64,000 bases of DNA from Candidatus Pyrohabitans jungbluthii (GTDB lineage: Archaea; Hydrothermarchaeota; Hydrothermarchaeia; Hydrothermarchaeales; BMS3B): NCBI GenBank assembly GCA_002010065.2, contig MTMD02000008.1, positions 96,001 to 160,000 of the forward strand, written 5' to 3'. The translations under genes were made by a program, and so were the position numbers. Positions within the stretch are counted from its first letter, which is position 1, and each line of letters opens with the position of its first letter. Shown here piece after piece: positions 55,096-64,000 of the stretch. Below the pieces are notes generated by a model. It saw nothing but the letters and a program-made list of their open reading frames with translations. It was not told the DNA's origin and ran no database searches.

Positions 55096-56152
55096 ACCCA
55101 TCCTCCGTGGCGTATTGCGAGATAACCTCACCAACCCTTTCTGAATACCACCCTTTTGCGATGTACTTCGGGTATATGGGCAGACGCTGCCTGAGCGTGA
55201 GACCAAGCTCTTCAACGAGAAGGCGCATCTCCTCCACCCTGGGCCAGGCATCCTCCGGGTTTATGTAATCCTTAGTCAGCGGAGAAATCCCGCCCAGGTC
55301 GCTTGCTCCATGCAGGAGGAATATGGCGTAGGTGCTGGGGTTGAGGTTGGGTGGAACCTGAATATCCAGCTCAGGGAAAAGCTCACTCGAGGCACGGACC
55401 ACCTTCAGCATTCTGAATAGGGAAGGCTCTCGCGAATGCTGCATGGGTGTGCCTTTCTTTGGCTTGAAGTTCTGTATTATAATCTCCTGGATGTGCCCGT
55501 ATTTATCGCTCAGTTTCTTGAGTTGCATTAGCGAGAAAGCAACCTCCTCACTGGTCTCGCCTATACCGATGAGCAAACCTGTGGTGAAGGGGATGCGAAG
55601 CTTGCCTGCAAGCTTAATCATGCGCAGCCTTGCCTCAGGGCGCTTTCCGGGGCTGTGCTCATGGGGCATTCCTCTTCCACAAAGCCTCTCACTGGCGTTC
55701 TCCAGCATTAAGCCCATGCTGGCATTGACCTCGCGCAGTGCTCGCATCTCAGCCTCGCCTATCACCCCTAGATTTGAGTGGGGAAGCAGCCCCAGTTCAA
55801 GCGAAGCCTCGCACAGGTGGTACAGATACTCAATAACGCTGGCGTAGCCCATCTTTGAAAGCGCCTTCTCTATCTCCGGGTAAACCTCTGGCTTCTCCCC
55901 AAAGGTGAAGAGCGCCTCCCTGCATCCCTTCGCTGCACCTGCCTTTAGAATCCTGAGCACCTCTTCCTCTCGCATAATGTAGGGCTTATCAGAGCGAAAG
56001 CCGCAGTAGGCGCAGGCATTGCGACACGCGTTGGTGAGAGGAATGAAAACATTCTTTGAGTAGGTCACCACTTTCGGGATTCTCGCAGGTTTAAGGGAAG
56101 CAAAGCTCGCTGCAGTGGCGTTGAGTATTCTCACCACTTCCTCTGCCTGCAT
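55082..56152 (-). CDS. cofG: FO synthase subunit 1
   Basis: TYSKNVFIPLTNACRNACAYCGF, EALFTFGE.P, NASMGLMLE, QVPPNL. Confidence 0.95.
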   Translation of the reverse strand: MQAEEVVRILNATAASFASLKPARIPKVVTYSKNVFIPLTNACRNACAYCGFRSDKPYIMREEEVLRILKAGAAKGCREALFTFGEKPEVYPEIEKALSKMGYASVIEYLYHLCEASLELGLLPHSNLGVIGEAEMRALREVNASMGLMLENASERLCGRGMPHEHSPGKRPEARLRMIKLAGKLRIPFTTGLLIGIGETSEEVAFSLMQLKKLSDKYGHIQEIIIQNFKPKKGTPMQHSREPSLFRMLKVVRASSELFPELDIQVPPNLNPSTYAIFLLHGASDLGGISPLTKDYINPEDAWPRVEEMRLLVEELGLTLRQRLPIYPKYIAKGWYSERVGEVISQYATEDGYARD

Positions 56153-56309
56153 AGCACCGCCCTTTTGCCTAGCATGCGCAACCATACTTGTACTATTTGT
56201 CTTTCATTTTTGCTCTGGTTAACTTTTGGGGATTGATAACACCCTTACACACAAAAATATTATAAATTTTCTTGCAAAAAATTTATAACCCCCCAAAGTC
56301 ATATTAATT

Positions 56310-56861
56310 ATGTTTTTTCCCCGGAGGCGCAGGAGAGTGGATAACGGAAAATCTGTGCTCAGTGACCCAGAGGCCAAAAAGTTTCTTGTGGAGATCCTGG
56401 ATGAGGAAGGTCTGGACGTGGTTTACTCCCTTATCGACAGGCAGGCGACGGATGAGGAGATAGCAGAGGAGACGGGAATAAAGATAAACACTGTGCGCAG
56501 GGTGCTCTACAAACTCTACGACTACCGCCTTGCGTCTTATGTAAGAACCAAAGACTCCGAGATAGGGTGGTACATATACACCTGGAAGCTGGACCTGAAG
56601 AGGATATACGATCTCATCAAGCTCAGAAAGCAGCGCATACTGGATGAGCTTACCCGAGAGCTTGAGTCTATGCAGGACAAAGTTTTCTTCGCGTGCAAGA
56701 AGGACGAGAAGTACGTGCCCTTCGAAGAGGCCACTGAGTTAGGGTTCAAGTGCCCCGTTTGCGAAGGCGTGCTGGAGTACGTGGACGCCCAGGAGAGAAT
56801 ACAGCAGCTTCAGGAAGAAATTGAAAGGCTCCAGAAGGAGCTGAGTAATGGACACTACTGA
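56310..56861 (+). CDS. tfe: Transcription factor E (TFE alpha)
   Basis: TDEEIAE...INTVRRVLYKL, GWYIYTW, zinc ribbon F.CP.C. Confidence 0.92.
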   Translation: MFFPRRRRRVDNGKSVLSDPEAKKFLVEILDEEGLDVVYSLIDRQATDEEIAEETGIKINTVRRVLYKLYDYRLASYVRTKDSEIGWYIYTWKLDLKRIYDLIKLRKQRILDELTRELESMQDKVFFACKKDEKYVPFEEATELGFKCPVCEGVLEYVDAQERIQQLQEEIERLQKELSNGHY

Positions 56862-57381
56862 GGCTATAGATCTTCTGCGCAGGTGTCGTGTACCAGAGAA
56901 TGTGATTGAACATAGCTTAGCTGTTTTTGAACTCGCAAGCGAGCTTGCTTCTCGTGCCAAGGTGCCTCTCGATGAAGAGCTTGTAAAGGTTGGCGCTCTT
57001 CTCCACGATATAGGCAGAGCGAGGACGCACAGTATTAAGCATGCGCTGGAGGGGGCAAAGCTTGCCAGAAGCCTCGGCTTGGACGAGAGGGTTGTTAGGA
57101 TAATCGAGCGCCACATCGGCGCTGGCTTGGCAAAGGAGGAGGCAGCTTCGCTTGGCTTGCCCCCCCGGGATTATATACCTCAAACTCCGGAGGAGAAGCT
57201 CGTGGCATATGCAGATAACCTCATCTTAGGCACAAGGAGGCTCAGCTTTGAGGAGAGTCTGGAGAGGTTTAAAAAAATTCTGGGCGAGGAGCACCCTTCA
57301 ATAAAGAGGATGATCAAGCTTCACAGGGAGGTTACCTCCTGGCTTGACCACCAGGGGAGCAAAAGTCAGAAAAAGTCTTAA
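56848..57381 (+). CDS. HDIG-domain phosphohydrolase (TIGR00295-like)
   Basis: HS..V, LLHDIG, ERHIGAG, EEK.VAYAD. Confidence 0.88.
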   Translation: MDTTEAIDLLRRCRVPENVIEHSLAVFELASELASRAKVPLDEELVKVGALLHDIGRARTHSIKHALEGAKLARSLGLDERVVRIIERHIGAGLAKEEAASLGLPPRDYIPQTPEEKLVAYADNLILGTRRLSFEESLERFKKILGEEHPSIKRMIKLHREVTSWLDHQGSKSQKKS

Positions 57382-58178
57382 CCTATGTAGCTCAGCCTCT
57401 CATCACCCTTCGCCGGTGCCTTGTACATCTCAGCGAGCTGCCTTGCATACTCCTCCATCTTTGCAAATTCCTTCTCCATGGCTTCAATCTGCTCGTCCAG
57501 CTCCTTTGTCGGGATTTCCATGCCCAGAAGCTTTGCGAGTGCCTTCACCGCAGCCTTGCTCGCCTTCGGGTCAGGATACATTCCCTGCGTCTCGGCGAGA
57601 AGACAAACGCTGCGGAAGCCGTTTTTCGCAGCGAGCGGTATCAGGATGCCGGCTAAACCAGTAGCTCCGAGGGTTCCCTTTGGAGCCTCAAGCAGAGGAA
57701 TTTCAGCCTTCTCAAGCATAGCTTTGGTTTCCTTATCCGCAACAACGCCATAGGTGCGGGGCTCTTCAATCTTCGCACCCGTGCCATAGCCGCCTAGTGT
57801 GTAGACCTCCTTAACACCCACCTCCTCACAAAAGTTTAAAATCGCGTGAGCCAGGTTGTAGTAGCTCTCGGGTGAGGTACCCTGATATATACCGGTGAGA
57901 ATATAAATCTCATTCTTCTCATCGTAGTATATCTCATCCTTATGCAGATCAACCAAGTTGTCATCCTCATAAACCACTCCCGGGAGAGCCACATTGGGAT
58001 ACAGGAAGTCCACAGAGTACAGGTTGGCTATTTTTTCAGCGCCAAGAGCGTCGATTACCTGCCTCCCTGCCATAAGTCCAACCTGTCCTACCCCAAGCAG
58101 CCCCTGAATGAACCTGCCGTGAGTCGCCTTCGGCTTCTTTATGAACTCAATTGTAGCTTTTCCCACTGTGAACCTCAT
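57378..58178 (-). CDS. Proteasome assembly chaperone (PAC2 family)
   Basis: GL.GVG.VG, YTLGG, ET.G..PDP.A; C-terminal YIG. Confidence 0.88.
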   Translation of the reverse strand: MRFTVGKATIEFIKKPKATHGRFIQGLLGVGQVGLMAGRQVIDALGAEKIANLYSVDFLYPNVALPGVVYEDDNLVDLHKDEIYYDEKNEIYILTGIYQGTSPESYYNLAHAILNFCEEVGVKEVYTLGGYGTGAKIEEPRTYGVVADKETKAMLEKAEIPLLEAPKGTLGATGLAGILIPLAAKNGFRSVCLLAETQGMYPDPKASKAAVKALAKLLGMEIPTKELDEQIEAMEKEFAKMEEYARQLAEMYKAPAKGDERLSYIG

Positions 58179-58219
58179 AAATTATAAGTTGTCTCCCAAT
58201 TGTATATAAAGGTATCTTG

Positions 58220-59113
58220 CTACGCCACGAGTCTGCAGAATGCACACCGCTGTGAAGTGGTGGGAAAACCACACACCTCGCACTCTATCGCTTCGCCTCT
58301 CTCTTCAGGAAGCGCAAACATGCTCCTGCGTTTCAGAAACTCCCTGTAGAAGTAGAGTTTTGTGCCCGGAGAGCGCTCCTCTATGCGGTTCAGTGCTTCC
58401 TTCATAGTTATACTGGTGGCACCCTCGGAGAAGGGACATTCCAGCTCATAGACATAGTCTATGCCCCTCGCAATCGCATAGGTTGCGGTCTCTCGCTCTG
58501 TGAGCAGGCAGAGCGGCTTCACCTTAGGCCTGAGCTTCGGATGCCACGCTTCTAAGCGCGGGGCCTGCCTAGCAAGAAGTTCAGTGTTCCAGCGCAGTAA
58601 GTTGGCGAGAAGCACGCTCGCTTCGTCGTCCAGATTGTGCCCCGTGGCGAGCACAGTGTAGCCTTCTTCGAGGGCAATACGGTTCATCTCATGGCGCTTT
58701 ACTATGCCGCAAACGCCGCACACGCTGCGCGTGCTTCGCCTCGCCAGCTTTGGGATGGTAACTCCATACTCCTCTCCCAGGTCAACCACGCGAAGCCTTG
58801 CTCCCCTCTGCTCAGCAAAGGCAAGAGCTTTGCGCTTTGAAAGCTCCGAGTAGTTCTCGCGTTTTATCCCGAGGTCTATGTATAACCCCTCCGCCTCATA
58901 GCCTAGCTCAAGCAGCACATCCCATAGGGCGAGGGAATCCTTGCCTCCAGACACTGCAACAAGCACGCGGTCTTTTTTGGAAAGCAAGCGATAGTCCTTT
59001 ATGGCGCGCTTTACCATCTGTTTAAAGCGCTCTATGAAGTGCTCCTCGCACAGAGCTAAGCGGTAGCTTCTCAGATGGATAATCGCCTGCTTCGAGCACT
59101 TGCTGCAGCGCAT
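58220..59113 (-). CDS. ttuA: tRNA 2-thiouridine synthetase TtuA/Ncs6 family
   Basis: N-terminal C..C/C..H; SGGKDS PP-loop; C..C; ATGHNLDDE; CP; C-terminal zinc finger. Confidence 0.9.
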   Translation of the reverse strand: MRCSKCSKQAIIHLRSYRLALCEEHFIERFKQMVKRAIKDYRLLSKKDRVLVAVSGGKDSLALWDVLLELGYEAEGLYIDLGIKRENYSELSKRKALAFAEQRGARLRVVDLGEEYGVTIPKLARRSTRSVCGVCGIVKRHEMNRIALEEGYTVLATGHNLDDEASVLLANLLRWNTELLARQAPRLEAWHPKLRPKVKPLCLLTERETATYAIARGIDYVYELECPFSEGATSITMKEALNRIEERSPGTKLYFYREFLKRRSMFALPEERGEAIECEVCGFPTTSQRCAFCRLVA

Positions 59114-59323
59114 TCAACCACCTGAAATAGCGGAGATTATCTCCAGCACTTCGCCTTCCTTAAGGCGGTAGTCCTCAGTGACAAGTTTATTACCCACTTT
59201 CGCGACCACACCTTCGAGGCTTAAGCCGAGCATCTGAATTGCCTGTTTAACACTTGTACCTGCCTCTACGGTAACCTCTCTGCCCCTATATCTCACCGTC
59301 GCCGTCATAGGGAAGAGTATCAT
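59114..59323 (-). CDS. Ubiquitin-like sulfur carrier (TtuB/SAMP/ThiS)
   Basis: Short beta-grasp-sized ORF ending ISGG, directly upstream of ttuA. Confidence 0.88.
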   Translation of the reverse strand: MILFPMTATVRYRGREVTVEAGTSVKQAIQMLGLSLEGVVAKVGNKLVTEDYRLKEGEVLEIISAISGG

Positions 59324-59511
59324 GAAGAAAGGTAAAAATTTTTGGGTGATGTGAAGCGAAAAGTTTTTGTTATACCTTTTTAATATTACTTAATTAAGTT
59401 AGTTCACCCATGGTTACTCAGAATCAGCAGCAAAAATTCCTGGCAGCCAGAGATAACCGCCGATATTGCTTTTCCGTACACAATTAAAATAAAGGCAGGT
59501 GAGAGAGATGG

Positions 59512-59862
59512 GTGATGAAGATGACAGTCATAGGAAAGCATATTATAGCGGAACTCTACGGCGTGAAAAAGGAGCTGATTTCGTATGAGGATAAGGTGAG
59601 GGAGATTACAGAACGCGTCGTAGAGGAGGCAGGGCTGACAAAGATAGGCTCAGTGTACAAACAGTTTGAACCCTACGGTGTTACCGGCGTGGTGCTGATT
59701 TCAGAGTCCCACGTGTCGCTGCATACCTGGCCAGAGTATGAGACTGTCAACCTTGACATCTTCACCTGCGGCGACCCAAACAAGACAGAGAAAGCCTTCA
59801 AGCTATTCTTAGAGCAGTTTAAGCCCAAGTCATACAAGCACTATGTTCTAACAAGGGGATAA
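59512..59862 (+). CDS. speD: S-adenosylmethionine decarboxylase proenzyme (SpeD/SpeH family)
   Basis: GKH...E, F.P.GVTGV, SE-SH cleavage site, HTWPE, DIFTCG. Confidence 0.9.
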   Translation: MMKMTVIGKHIIAELYGVKKELISYEDKVREITERVVEEAGLTKIGSVYKQFEPYGVTGVVLISESHVSLHTWPEYETVNLDIFTCGDPNKTEKAFKLFLEQFKPKSYKHYVLTRG

Positions 59863-59864
59863 CC

Positions 59865-60890
59865 TTGAGAAGTCGCACAGAGGTACAGCTACTTCAGAGG
59901 CTCAGTCGTGGCTCTGCCTCGGTGTGGGAGCTTCTGGATGCTCAGGATTCCTCGCTTAGAGAATTTTATGCCGCCCTCGAGGAGTTGAAGGAACGCAGGT
60001 TGATAGAGATAGCCAATGGTAAAGTCTCCCTCACGCGTGCAGGCTTGGAGCGGGCTTCTCAACTTAAGGCGAGGTTTTTTGATTTTAAGTGCAGTGCATG
60101 CGATGCAAAGGGGTATGTTATACCTCCCGATTTTGAGAAGGTTGCCAGAGCTTTTTATAAAATTGCAGAGCGCCGCCCTTTGCCAGTAGAGGACTACGAC
60201 CAGGGGTATATCTCGCCGGAGGATGTGCTTAAGCGTGTTGCCTTCATGTACGAGCGGGGCGACCTAGCAGCAAGCGAGATTCTTGTTATTGGCGACGACG
60301 ACCTGCTCAGCATAGCTGCCGCTTTAACTGGCTTACCCTCCCGCGTCTTAGCCATAGACATAGATGAGCGCCTGGTGAGCTTCATAAACAGCGTTGCAGA
60401 GGAGCATAATCTAAACCTGAAGGCGAGAAGTTACGATGTGCAGGAGCCCCTGAGCGAGGAGCTTGCCCGCAGCTTCGATGTCTTCGTCAGCGATCCCGTT
60501 GAGACCATTGAAGGCATAAAGTTATTCCTTTCGCGGGGCGCCGCCTCGCTGCGCGGCGAGGGAAGCGCCGCCTACTTCGGCTTAACCACACTGGAAGCCT
60601 CGAGGAAAAAGTGGTATGAGATACAGCGCATGCTGCACCGCATGGGTTTCGTGGTCACAGACATACGTCGCAGGTTTAGCGTGTACCCCTGCGAGGATAC
60701 CAACTTTTTCCGTTACCAGGATAAGCTTAGGATAGTGAAAAAGCTTCGCGTGCCTTGCGACTACCATTGGTTCAAGTCTGCGCTTTACAGAATAGAAGCC
60801 ATAAGAGAACCAGAGCCTCTGATTACGGGTAAAATCAAGCTGGGTGATAAATTTTACCACGACGAAGAGTGCTGGGCGACGCCTGAGTAG
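59865..60890 (+). CDS. bpsA: Branched-chain polyamine synthase
   Basis: YDQG, RGDL, GDDDL.S, DIDER, DP.ET; follows speD. Confidence 0.88.
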   Translation: MRSRTEVQLLQRLSRGSASVWELLDAQDSSLREFYAALEELKERRLIEIANGKVSLTRAGLERASQLKARFFDFKCSACDAKGYVIPPDFEKVARAFYKIAERRPLPVEDYDQGYISPEDVLKRVAFMYERGDLAASEILVIGDDDLLSIAAALTGLPSRVLAIDIDERLVSFINSVAEEHNLNLKARSYDVQEPLSEELARSFDVFVSDPVETIEGIKLFLSRGAASLRGEGSAAYFGLTTLEASRKKWYEIQRMLHRMGFVVTDIRRRFSVYPCEDTNFFRYQDKLRIVKKLRVPCDYHWFKSALYRIEAIREPEPLITGKIKLGDKFYHDEECWATPE

Positions 60891-60941
60891 GTAGGGATTT
60901 TATACTTCTTCTTTTCGACCTCACTTTTTAGCAGCATCACC

Positions 60942-62618
60942 TCATGGATGCGCGTAGTAAGCCACCACGCCCTCGCCAACCTCATCGACGCGCGCAAAGC
61001 CATAGCGCTCGAACTGCACAACATCGTCGCGCTTAACCTTAGCCAGCGAAGGCTCACCTACTCCGCTTTCTATGCGGTCAGGCTTTACCACCTTCACCGC
61101 TATATTTTCCTGCGCAGGCACCCAGTGGATAAGCGGCGCCTTCCTGCGCTTCGCTTCGTCTAACTCAAAGCTGTGGAAGCGCGCCTTCGCTTTTTCTTTG
61201 CCCTTCTCCACTATCTCTATGTTAAAACCTTCCATAAGGCGCATAAAGCTGCCCTCACGCAGCTTCTCGTAGTCGCTATGCGCAATAAAAACGCTCGCTA
61301 TGCCCTGCTCTGGCGTAAGCTCAAGTTTTCTACTTCCCCGCTCTGGATGATCAGGATGAAGCCTTACCTCCCGCGAGAACTCAGGCGCGCCCTCTATTAC
61401 CACCTCCACCGGCGAGGCAACGAAGAAGTAGCGGTTAGCTATGGGCTCGATAAGCTCGCGGTTGTACGCAAAGAGGTTCTTCCAGCTGAAGCTTATGTCG
61501 CTCTGCTTTACACCTACCTCCAGCATAGCCTTGCGTATGGCCTCGCTTCTGAAGCCCCGCCTCGCCAGAGCGCGCAGCGTGCCCAGAGAAGCGTCGTCCC
61601 AGCTGGCATATCTACCTGCCTCTATCCCCTCTTTAATCTTAGAGGTGCTCAGGGCCACGCCCTCTATCTTCAACCTGCCGTAATGGATGAACTCGGGCAT
61701 GCGCCAGCCAAAGAAGCGGTAGATGAACTCCTGCTTCCGGGTGTTCACTATGTGGTCCTTGCCGCGCAGCACGTGGGTAATGCCCAGAAGGTGGTCGTCT
61801 ATAGCGACGGAGAAGTTCATCAGCGGGTAAACGCGAGCTTTAACTCGTGGATGAGGCGTTTCTGAGATGCGCATAATGGGAAAGTCGCGCATCGCAGGAT
61901 CGCGAAGGTCCACGCCGGTTTTAAGCCTCAACACCGCCTCGCCCTCTTTATATTCTGTGAACATCCTCTCAAAGTCCTCTAAATTCTCCTTAACGCTCTT
62001 ACTGCGGTGCTCACACTCTTTCTTAGCCAGCTTAAGCTTCTGGAACTCCTCACTGGTGCACTCGCACACGTACGCATGCCCGGCTTCTATAAGCTTCCTG
62101 GCGTACTCGTAGTAAATCTCTAAACGGGAGCTCTGAACCACTACCTCATGCACCTCTACACCCAGCCAGCGTAAGTCTTCCTGTATCATCTCATAAGCAG
62201 GCGGGAAAACCCTCGCAGGGTCTGTGTCCTCTATGCGGAGAATCAGCTTCCCACCATAGCGCTTCACGTAGGCATCGTTGAGCACCGCTGCTCGAGCGTG
62301 CCCCAGGTGAAGAGGTCCGCTGGGGTTGGGGGCAAAGCGCATCACAACTTCCTTGCCAACGTTGGAAAGCTCCGGCAGCGCCTCCTTCTTCTCCTCTTTC
62401 TTTGCCTCGAAGGAGTAGCCTGCAATAGCTTGAGCAATCTCCTCCCTGCTGAGCGAATTCACCTGCGCCACAACCTTATCAACGAGGGGGAGAAGCTCCC
62501 TCACCTTGGCCCTAAGCTCCGGATTCTCTGCCAGCACCTTGCCGAGCACAGCTTTGGGATTAGCCTTTCCGTAGTCGAGAGCATTCTTCAATGCGTGCTT
62601 GCGTATAAGCTCCTCCAT
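60942..62618 (-). CDS. gltX: Glutamyl-tRNA synthetase (archaeal type)
   Basis: RFAPNPSGPLHLGH, RIEDTDP, THVLRGKDH, LSTS, QFER.GF. Confidence 0.96.
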   Translation of the reverse strand: MEELIRKHALKNALDYGKANPKAVLGKVLAENPELRAKVRELLPLVDKVVAQVNSLSREEIAQAIAGYSFEAKKEEKKEALPELSNVGKEVVMRFAPNPSGPLHLGHARAAVLNDAYVKRYGGKLILRIEDTDPARVFPPAYEMIQEDLRWLGVEVHEVVVQSSRLEIYYEYARKLIEAGHAYVCECTSEEFQKLKLAKKECEHRSKSVKENLEDFERMFTEYKEGEAVLRLKTGVDLRDPAMRDFPIMRISETPHPRVKARVYPLMNFSVAIDDHLLGITHVLRGKDHIVNTRKQEFIYRFFGWRMPEFIHYGRLKIEGVALSTSKIKEGIEAGRYASWDDASLGTLRALARRGFRSEAIRKAMLEVGVKQSDISFSWKNLFAYNRELIEPIANRYFFVASPVEVVIEGAPEFSREVRLHPDHPERGSRKLELTPEQGIASVFIAHSDYEKLREGSFMRLMEGFNIEIVEKGKEKAKARFHSFELDEAKRRKAPLIHWVPAQENIAVKVVKPDRIESGVGEPSLAKVKRDDVVQFERYGFARVDEVGEGVVAYYAHP

Positions 62619-62624
62619 GCCTTG

Positions 62625-63929
62625 CTATACCTCCATCCTCTGACCGTTTCTGAGCAGAAACACCTCGCGGTTAATCGCATAACCAAGCGTCTCCGCAAGC
62701 TCCGCGTAGATGGCAAGCATATCCAGGGTGCCGTGGGTGGGGATTATCTTCTCCGGCTGAAGCATTTTTAACAAATCGTAGTGGTCTTCACGGGAGGCAT
62801 GGCCAGAGACGTGCAGCCCCTTGAACAGCCTTGCTCCCTGCATTTTAAGCTTTGTCTCAAGGGAGTAGCGCTGTGCCACATTTATAGGATTGGGGATGAC
62901 GTCGGCGGAGAACACAACCTCGTCTCCAGCTTCAATACGGAACTCAAACTTCTGGTTGGCGATTTTTGTGAGCAGCGCGTCATGTTCGCCCTGGTGTCCT
63001 GTGATTATGAGGATGTAGCGCTGCTTATCCTTCGCGGCGCGCTTGAGCGCCTTCTTAATTGCATCCCTGCCTCCGTAGACATGTGCCTCCTTGGGGAGGG
63101 AGATTATCCCCTTCCGCTCAGCTATGCTCACATACTTTTCCATGCTCCTTCCCAGCAGGAGCGGCTCCCTGCCAAGCTTCTCTGCTATATCTAAGATGCT
63201 TTTAATCCGCGCAATATGTGAGGAGAAGGTGGTAACTATGAGCCCGCGCTCGGGGTTACTCTTGAGCAGCGTATCCTCGAGCAAGGTACGCGCCACCAGC
63301 TCAGAGGGCGTGCGCCCATCGTTGGCAACGCGGGTGGTTTCTATTATTAGCGCCTTGAGTCCTTCTTTGCCCAGCTCACGTATTCGCTGGTAGTCAGGCT
63401 TCTCCCCTATAACAGGAGTGTCGTCCAGCTTGAAATCGTTAAAGTAAGCGAGGCTGCCCTCAGGTGTGTGCACCACCAGGAAGACGGTATCCGGGATGCT
63501 GTGCGTGATCCGCACAAACTCTATGCTCAGCTTTGGCGCCACCTGTAGCACTTCCCCGGCCTCGAGCACATAGAGCGGATTTTTACGCTTGCCCCGAAGC
63601 TCCTGTTTCACCACCTCTATGGTGTAGGGCGTACCTATAATAGGCGCCATGGGAAACTTCTTGGCGAGGATTGAAACCGCGCCCAGGTGATCCAAGTGCC
63701 CATGGGTGAGCACTATCGCCTTAACCTCACCGAAGTCGTCCTGAACAGAGGGAATTATTCCACGAGAAGCAAGCTCCTCCGGTGGGAGCTTTGATATGTC
63801 CGTATCCTCATGGATTAAAACGCGGTCAAGACGGATGCCCATGTCTATTACAATTGCGTCGTCGCCATACTTGACGACAGTCATGTTTCTGCCTACTTCC
63901 TCGTAACCACCTACTGCAATAATCTCCAT
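62625..63929 (-). CDS. rnj: Ribonuclease J (beta-CASP)
   Basis: GGYEEVGRNM, THGHLDH, HSIPD, HVSGHA, PTHG. Confidence 0.95.
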   Translation of the reverse strand: MEIIAVGGYEEVGRNMTVVKYGDDAIVIDMGIRLDRVLIHEDTDISKLPPEELASRGIIPSVQDDFGEVKAIVLTHGHLDHLGAVSILAKKFPMAPIIGTPYTIEVVKQELRGKRKNPLYVLEAGEVLQVAPKLSIEFVRITHSIPDTVFLVVHTPEGSLAYFNDFKLDDTPVIGEKPDYQRIRELGKEGLKALIIETTRVANDGRTPSELVARTLLEDTLLKSNPERGLIVTTFSSHIARIKSILDIAEKLGREPLLLGRSMEKYVSIAERKGIISLPKEAHVYGGRDAIKKALKRAAKDKQRYILIITGHQGEHDALLTKIANQKFEFRIEAGDEVVFSADVIPNPINVAQRYSLETKLKMQGARLFKGLHVSGHASREDHYDLLKMLQPEKIIPTHGTLDMLAIYAELAETLGYAINREVFLLRNGQRMEV

Positions 63930-63936
63930 AAAATCA

Positions 63937-64000
63937 TCACCTTAAGAACCCTCTCGCTGTGAGCCACTCCCGCGTTCTGCCCAGGATAACTACCCTCGCT
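63937..64000 (-). CDS. 3' end of the upstream gene, probably type 2 IPP isomerase (partial)
   Basis: Reads ARVVILGRTREWLTARGFLR*, resembling archaeal Fni C-termini; fni commonly precedes RNase J. Confidence 0.55.
   Translation of the reverse strand, partial: ARVVILGRTREWLTARGFLR

Noticed and set aside
6458-61865. Numerous 100-270-aa antisense ORFs (e.g. 6458-7117, 17595-18227, 25526-26335, 39918-40523, 61173-61865)
   Set aside because: All lie opposite confidently identified genes and lack motifs; typical shadow ORFs
1-64000. CRISPR array, cas genes, transposases, integrase
   Set aside because: No regularly spaced repeats and no recognisable Cas, transposase or integrase motifs were seen

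Overview
A 64-kb chromosomal window from a thermophilic euryarchaeote-like archaeon. Markers include TBP, TFE, aIF-2beta, Fen1, the F420 genes cofD/cofG/cofH, the branched-chain polyamine synthase BpsA and an intron-containing tRNA-Trp. The gene mix suggests Hydrothermarchaeota, but that is an inference. The first ~20.5 kb is an accessory sulfur/redox locus. It holds a lipoprotein multiheme cytochrome c resembling a Cys-for-Sec version of the Geobacter ExtKL selenoprotein, two membrane-anchored wHTH sensors, a PQQ-type beta-propeller lipoprotein, a JAMM protease, two divergent MacB/LolCDE-type ABC systems with NosL, a LysR-V4R-TusA-split YeeE operon, an exported CGP-CTERM rhodanese, an FAD oxidoreductase plus B12 radical SAM pair behind a highly structured leader, and DsrE/TusA. 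The rest holds three pilin-like genes, a low-GC MNT-HEPN toxin-antitoxin pair, an ftsZ locus with a divergent wHTH gene and shared TGAATA operator-like repeats, a CopB-type ATPase and housekeeping genes (his, cof, ttuAB, speD-bpsA, gltX, RNase J). No CRISPR array or transposase was seen. All family assignments come from motif recognition; no searches were run.
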